A DNA stretch of 60,692 bases, counting the filler, from Basidiobolus ranarum (lineage: Eukaryota), in NCBI GenBank assembly GCA_040143965.1. It is 4 parts of 4 records of this genome, joined end to end, with 100 filler letters (N's around TTAATTAATTAA, not from the genome) between each part and the next. Parts side by side here need not be neighbours in the genome. Positions count along the whole stretch, not along the records: positions 45,619 to 60,692 come from JASJQH010000395.1; 3 more parts are not named here. One strand, written 5' to 3'. Numbering within the stretch: position 1 is the first letter of the stretch; each line of letters begins with the position of its first letter. Positions 54,130-60,692 of this stretch are shown in pieces. The notes beneath the pieces were generated by a model. It saw only the letters and a program-made list of their open reading frames with translations. It had not been told where the DNA came from and searched no databases. Both the position numbers and the translations under genes were made by a program.

Positions 54130-54457
54130 ATTCTGCCAACAATTGTTTGCTCTCTTTCCCTTCCCCTTCTCTTCTCCTTCCCAATACTAACTTATACCTC
54201 AAGATCGATTCTGTCTATAAAGAATATAAATATATATGAACACTAGAGTGAAGTCTATTATAAGATTTTAGTTGGTTTTACATTGTTACAGAATAATATT
54301 ACGTCGTGTAACATAGATAAATATGGTTAGTCCCATCGTCGAATAAATTACTAAGAACCTGATTCATCAAGAAATAAAGATTGGGTCTAACTAAGGGTAA
54401 GAAACTATACACATTGACTTAAAGTAAACCAGGCGCTGGATATGACGAGTAATTAAA

Positions 54458-56074
54458 TCAATCACAGCAAGCTCGACACGTAAACACATCCATAACTTTC
54501 GTCCAGAAGTTCTTTTTCGGTTCAACGTTGGGTGTGTTGTGAGGCTGTGAGTGTATACCGACGCTGTTTAGATTCTCCTGTGGTCGTGGAAGACGTGGAG
54601 GATTTGCATTGATGTGAGCATACACACGCGGTTGACGGGATTCCTTAGACTAACGAAAGGATGAGAAATAGTAGGGGGATTGTTTCATAAAGCGTGGACT
54701 TACCAGGCCATGATCGTGTGATACCCAATCATACATGCCATCATTACGCTGGCCAATCTTCTCCAAGACCTGATCAAACAGTCCCCGTAAGCGCTTATAA
54801 TCTGGTTTATCATCAAAGCCAAGTGTACGAACATAATTCATGTATTGAGCGAACTCCTCTGGAATCGATGGGTGAGTGATACTAGATTTGTATGATCGAT
54901 GTTATCATCTATGCTTACCTGGAAATCCACCGCATAATTCTTTTATAGGTGTTGTTTGCTTCTTTTCTCCAATTTTCGAATATTTTTGTTTAGCATTGGC
55001 AGCCTTCAACCCTTGCCAAGGAAGAGACCCACGAAGGAAATACATTAGTACATGACCAAGGGATTCAAGATCATCTCTTCGAGATTGTTCTAAATTCCAA
55101 TGTCAGTGACAAATCCAGGTTGACAAAGGAGAAACCAACCAAATACCTCTGCCTAGATGTGTATTGATACTCATATAACGAGCGGTTCCTGTCAGACTTT
55201 TACGTTCTCTGAATGGGATATGTTGATTTGTTTTTGGATTTATATAATATTTAGCCATTCCAAAGTCCACCATATATACCGAAGTTTCATGAGAAGAGTT
55301 TGGTCTTCCCAGTAAGAAATTATCCGGTTTGATATCTCGATAAATTAATCCATGTTCATGCACTGATTGAACACGTAAAATCTATTTTAAAATAATAGAA
55401 CTTGGTTATTTTCTTTTCTTGAAAGTTAGATTCTGAATCATTTTCAAACCATTTGTATTGCTAACATAGCCACCGTTTTGACGCTGAATTTACGATGAGA
55501 TTTCTCGAACATATCTTCCAGACTTGGCCCTAATATATCAATCACCAGCACATTATAAGCTCCTTCTTGACCAAAGTAATAAGCGGAAGGAATGCAAGCT
55601 TATTTCAATGTGTTGAGTATGATGAAAAGGAAAAATAAAAAAAGTGAGTTAAAGCTTACAAACACCAGCCAATATTTTGTATACTTTATATTCGTCACGA
55701 AGTTGGGGGACAGTAGTTTTACGATTTTCCTAAAGTTATTGAGTTAAGTTTCATAACTCATAAACCAATGGCAAGTTGGAGAAAGTGGTGAATAAAAGTT
55801 ACTGTCACTATTTAAGGATACAAATTTCAGTGCCACCGCTTGCTTTCGGTTAAGATCAGTACCTAGATAAAAGTGAAACGATAGTGGTTAGTATTACGAA
55901 AACTATACCAGAACTTTAGTTCTAAAAAGGTGAGTGAAAGAGGTACAAACCTTCAAATATTACACCAAAACTTCCTTCACCAATTTTACGGCCAACACGG
56001 TATTGATTCCCTATAATCGCGGGAATCTCTCTTTCATTAGAAGCACCAGGGGTACGCTGGTTTCTAGGTGCCAT
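54458..56074 (-). CDS. Casein kinase I, Yck1/2-Cki1 type, with C-terminal Cys cluster
   Basis: [71 protein letters not shown]; ends CRACCD*. Confidence 0.95.
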
Positions 56075-56793
56075 TTACAATATATATATGGGTGTGGGCA
56101 GACGTGTAATATGAACCGAAAAAGTAAGAAAACAAAAGAGGCTTCTTAATTTGATACAAGTAAAGAGTGACAAAAATCCACTGAGTTATCTATAGGTATT
56201 CTGTTCGTCAAAGGAATCTAAGGTAAAAAAGCTATTCAAGCAGGGATAATAGGTATATGGGTATTAAATAATAAACTAAGATATGAAGATAATAAAACTT
56301 AAGAAACAAGATTAAAAATAAAGAGAAGCAACCAAAAAGGGGATTGCTTTTCTTTGTTCCTTTTTTTCGGGAGCCTAACTCCTTGGCCATTCCCCCTTTT
56401 ATGTATATATATGTCAATTATCCAATTGATTCTAAGAACTGATCTGATTGCGATTCCTGATCACGTCCCATTAGTCCAGTTGGAGCTGTGGTAACCAATC
56501 AACGTGCTTGATGGAAATCAACGATGCGATAGCTCACACAGTACACTCAAGGCATGATGAATCATTTCGATAGGAATTTTGACCGCTTTACACTAATTTG
56601 CTCTGACTAATTTGCTCTGAATGTTTACTATCGATTCAGTAGCAGTAGCAGTCGCAATTGCAGTTGCAGGTACAGTAGCAGCATCAAGGCTAGGTGAGGT
56701 ACAGTAATTAAATGGATGATTAATTTATTATTACATTAAAGATATATATTTGCTAAACGATATATATATATATACAAACGTAAACTTAAATTT

Positions 56794-58598
56794 CTAATCC
56801 AAGAGATCAGCATCCTCAACCTCCTTCCTATTCAAATTCCCATCTACGCACCAAGCTAGCAGGAACCCGATGGTGGTGAATCCGGTTAAAATCCAGTTCG
56901 CCTCTTTCATCGGATAGGCTTGGTTTTTATGGTTAAGAAGATCCATTCCAACTGTAAACAGAATACCAAATATTTGGGCTGCTGAATTCAATAACCCTGC
57001 CGAGGTGGTCTCACTAAGGGGGTAGTATAACTCTCCAGCGTATTGGAAAACGCCGGGGATAATGGCTGTGGGAAGTACGATCAGTTACGGATGCTCGTCC
57101 TTACAAATCATTAAATAAATACCTGAAGAAAAGAAGCCATAGGACAAGCTATACGGACCAAAATAGATCAATGATCATGCAGTAGACGCAACTCACGTAT
57201 GCTTATACTTTACCTTGAAATAAACACAAGCGTGAAGGTACCAAATTCCACAATCAAATGGAAACCAAGAAAAGACAGCAACGTCCCAACAAACAGAAAT
57301 CTACACATCTCCTTGTATTTGTAGGTTTTATCCAGGTATAATCCACACAAGATCCCACTGATCACTCCGACAATAATGAACCAAAACCCTATTTGGCCAA
57401 TAGCAGTCTGGGAAACAAAGATATTTTAGTAGTTGTCCTTGAATAAGACTTGTTTCTTTGTTACCTCGGTGTATGTAGGATGCATAGGGAGAATTATCTG
57501 AGCCAGAAGAGTGCTGACCGCGTATTGTCCACCCACGACAATTCCATAAGCCATGAATAAGAGGATAAAACTGGAGTTACTGAGAAGTATCTTAATCGAC
57601 TGAATCACTGCATGGGGAGTTTCAAGAATGACAGAGCAACTAGTTTACATGTTAAAATCGAGCTCTACTCAAAGTCTGGTAAATATAGCATACCTTGGTG
57701 GTGTTTTAGGTTTGGAATCGAATGTGAAGAAGACTAGGACCAATATAAACGCGCAAAATATAAACTAATTTGAGAGATTAAAAAAAGTGACATCATAATA
57801 TACTAGGAAAAATACAAACTTGATACATGAGATATATGGGAATATCATTCAAAGCCGTTTTGTCGCGAATAAAGACCGGAGAAAGTAAGAAGCTGTTATA
57901 AAAAAATCTCGTCAAGTTAGGTTGGAAATATTATGTAAATACAATAAGGCAAATACCCCAAAGCAACTCCAAGATTATTGGAGGTAACACCAATAGCACT
58001 AGCTGTGTTTCTTTCGTGAGAGCCAAACCATACACTTGCAAGCCTAGGTGGAATCCCTATTACAAAAATATTTTAGTTAAAACACATAAAGATGAAAAGT
58101 AAAGAAGTTGAGAAACTTACCCAAGATAAAAACTTGACCAACTGCAGCCAGTAGCTGTCCTACAAACAGGACCCAAAAATTGACAGCCCAGCCTCCAAAG
58201 AAACGAAACAATGCGCCAAGACAGTTAAGGGATGCACCTACTAAGATAACCTGCCTTAGGCCACCTCCCTGACTAGCCGCAGAAGATTGACCAAACTCAA
58301 ACACCCACAATGAAGGCAAAAAGAGAATGGGGTAGACCATCATGTAGATTGTGGATAATGAGTTCACGTAGAAAGTAGATTGTTGTCCAAAAAACTCCAT
58401 GAATATTGCTTGACAAGGAGCAAAGGTTATCCACATAGCGGCCGAGGAAAAGGACAATATTGAAAATGCAAACAAAATCAACCAGCGTTTATTTTCTAGG
58501 GCATATTGAGACTTTTGTGAAGACTTCAGCAGTGGTTGTTGCTCAGACATTTCAGCAACTGATTCTTGCGAGGTAGACTCAATAACAGCTTCATTCAT
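56794..58598 (-). CDS. MFS transporter, FLVCR/SLC49 family
   Basis: KRWLILF..WITFAP..VNSLSTIYM, GQVFILGIPPRLASVWFGSHERNTA, FQYAGELYYPLSETTSAGLLN; multi-exon. Confidence 0.9.
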
Positions 58599-59146
58599 GG
58601 TGTCGTTAATTTGTCCTTGATTAAAAGTTTGGAAGGATGAAGTTCAGCACTCCTACCTTAAAATATTGGAGGGCATTTATATATACAGACTGCTAAAAGT
58701 CAATCTAAATTTTCAAGTAGCTGGCATGGGATTAAAATCACTGTAACTCCTTAACATCAGATTAATCCGGCTTCATCGAAATAGGAACCTGAGATTGATT
58801 AATCAATCGAATGTTACAGCCGTGCTGATTCCACCACATGTATGATAAAGCATTTGCTCCAGTCTTGATTCCCACTGTTACATCGAAATCTTAACGACAT
58901 CTATATATAGGCGACACAGGTCACACTTGCCTTGTTAATAATTCGTATTTAGGTGATCTGACTGACAGTAACAATTCAACAAGCATTAATAGAATAATTC
59001 ATATTTTATTCGAGAGGTACAATACATATATTGCAAGAATAGAAAATAAAATAATTACTACAGTTAAAATAGTAAAATGATGGTTTGAGCATGAGCATGC
59101 GCATGAAAGATTGTGAATGTAATCAAGTCTATTTAATTCACTACTT

Positions 59147-60017
59147 CTAATTCTCCTTCTTGGCGGGTCCGCTGGTAACAGCAGGAGTTTCATTCTCAGC
59201 CTCTACTGCAGGTTCAGCAGCGGCAGCGGCAAGGTTGCTAAATATAATAAAAGATCGACCATTAATATTGACTTGCAATAGACTTCAATAATACTCTACT
59301 TACCCGAAAGGTGACTCGGCTTTCCAGGGACGCTTCAAATCTCCCTCGGCAGGTTTGTTGAGAATATGAACTTTGAAAAGTTTGCTCTCGAAGAAACTCT
59401 TAAGAGGTAAGATAGATTGGAGGAACAAAGGCTGAACGTATTCCCATTTATAATGGATGAAGCAGAGGATGCCGACTGAGATGAGGGTTTGTTTGACTTG
59501 CTTCTTAAGCTCGCTAAGATCATAGTCACAAACAGTGGTGGTAACTTCAGTAGTTCTGATAATAGAGGTGAGTAACGTAAACAACGAACATATTCATACA
59601 ATAATACTCACTCTTGAGTCATAGGTTTGGGTTCGGTGTAGGTCAAGGGAGTGGTGTCTATTAATAAATACTTAGTATAAAGTTGTAGTTCAAAGCTACA
59701 CAAGAATTTCATACCATTCTTGGCTTGGATACGAGTCATCACATAAAAACTAAGAGCAAGAATAATAGCATTCGAAGTGGCATAAGCCATACGAACATAT
59801 GTTATATTCTCTGGTTCCTCAAGATTAAGTTTTCTGGACTACAATAATCAAAGGGTTATTCAATGGACTAACAACAACTTACGTAATAAATTGATGACTT
59901 ACAACTTGCACTAAGGCAAGTACCAGAACCATGCCTGATATCTATGTAAAAATACCATTGTGAGTAAAACTGAAAGGATGGGGGGTCATAATGAGCGAGA
60001 TTTACCTGAGAATTCAT
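59147..60017 (-). CDS. PHO88: Pho88/Snd3 ER-targeting protein
   Basis: MNSQ first exon; TTTVCDYDLSELKK..IHYKWEYVQPLFLQSILPLK..KVHIL..AEGDLKRPW. Confidence 0.92.
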
Positions 60018-60628
60018 GTTGGATTTTTAGAATAAGGAAACGTAGAGAAAGAAACGACTTAAAGAAGACCTCTGTAGAGAGCAGTTCGAATTTAACAGAA
60101 CCTCGGAATTCAACTGGATTTTCTACCACAGAAAAAGATGAGGAATCTTCATCGTGTGTCTAATTGATTGGAGCTAACTGTGAAGATTGTGTAAACTGTC
60201 TCACCGGAATACTACAATTCAATGATACTCTGCTTATCTAATATTTCAACCAATCAGTAATCAAAACTATGCTATAGCGCCACTTGAATTGGATGATAGT
60301 ACTCATACACGAATTGGAAATAATTCTCGAAAAATTCTCATTAATCATGTGTATTTCCGTCAATATGGTAATATTTATTCATGGGGGTATTTTATCCAAT
60401 CACTTATCTTATGAAAAAAAACACCCTTGTATTTTTTTTTTCGTTCGTCTCAATTGCGTTGAAGGCATAAAATTCACATGCAGTGCTCACGCTCAACTTT
60501 ACTACAAACATTTTCAATGTACGTATGATTCTCTTCATGTTGGCTCCAGTTTCATTTTATCAAGTGCTAATTGACTGAACTTCATTTTAATTATTTAAAT
60601 GCAGTGAGGACGTCTGTTAGCTTTTACA

Positions 60629-60692
60629 ATGTCTGCCGAAAACCAAGAAATCCCCCAAGAAGTTGAGGTTCCCGCCGAAGCTGCTCCCCGTG
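60629..60692 (+). CDS. 5' end of a gene cut by the window edge (acidic N-terminus, possibly 40S ribosomal protein eS12)
   Basis: ACAATGTCT start context; MSAENQEIPQEVEVPAEAAPR with strongly biased codons; too short to identify. Confidence 0.4.
   Translation, partial: MSAENQEIPQEVEVPAEAAPR

Overview
Eukaryotic, intron-containing, AT-rich DNA from a fungus. Short GT-AG introns and the gene set suggest an early-diverging lineage (Zoopagomycota/Mucoromycota-like; inference only). The window is four ~15.1 kb contigs joined by artificial 100-nt spacers (N44-TTAATTAATTAA-N44), so gene adjacency across spacers is not biological. Recognisable genes: Bas1-type 3-repeat Myb protein fused to Sfp1-type C2H2 fingers, UNC-50, class V PLP enzyme lacking the desulfurase Cys, Rcf1/HIG1, a Ki-67-like protein, Erd2, subtilisin, Mix23, two tandem pyruvate kinases, an RGS protein with repeated KLxx(F/L)(F/L)G motifs, a CRAL-TRIO protein, a DOCK GEF, a C2H2 factor, Rsp5, casein kinase I, an FLVCR-type MFS transporter and Pho88/Snd3. 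Four solo-LTR copies of one family are present. The strongest finding is a ~1430-aa Ki-67-like protein. It has a spliced N-terminal FHA domain, two Ki-67/RepoMan PP1-docking modules conserved by purifying selection (one with a phosphorylatable RVxF, one without), and a long disordered, basic tail. All family assignments are by eye from recalled motifs; no searches were run.
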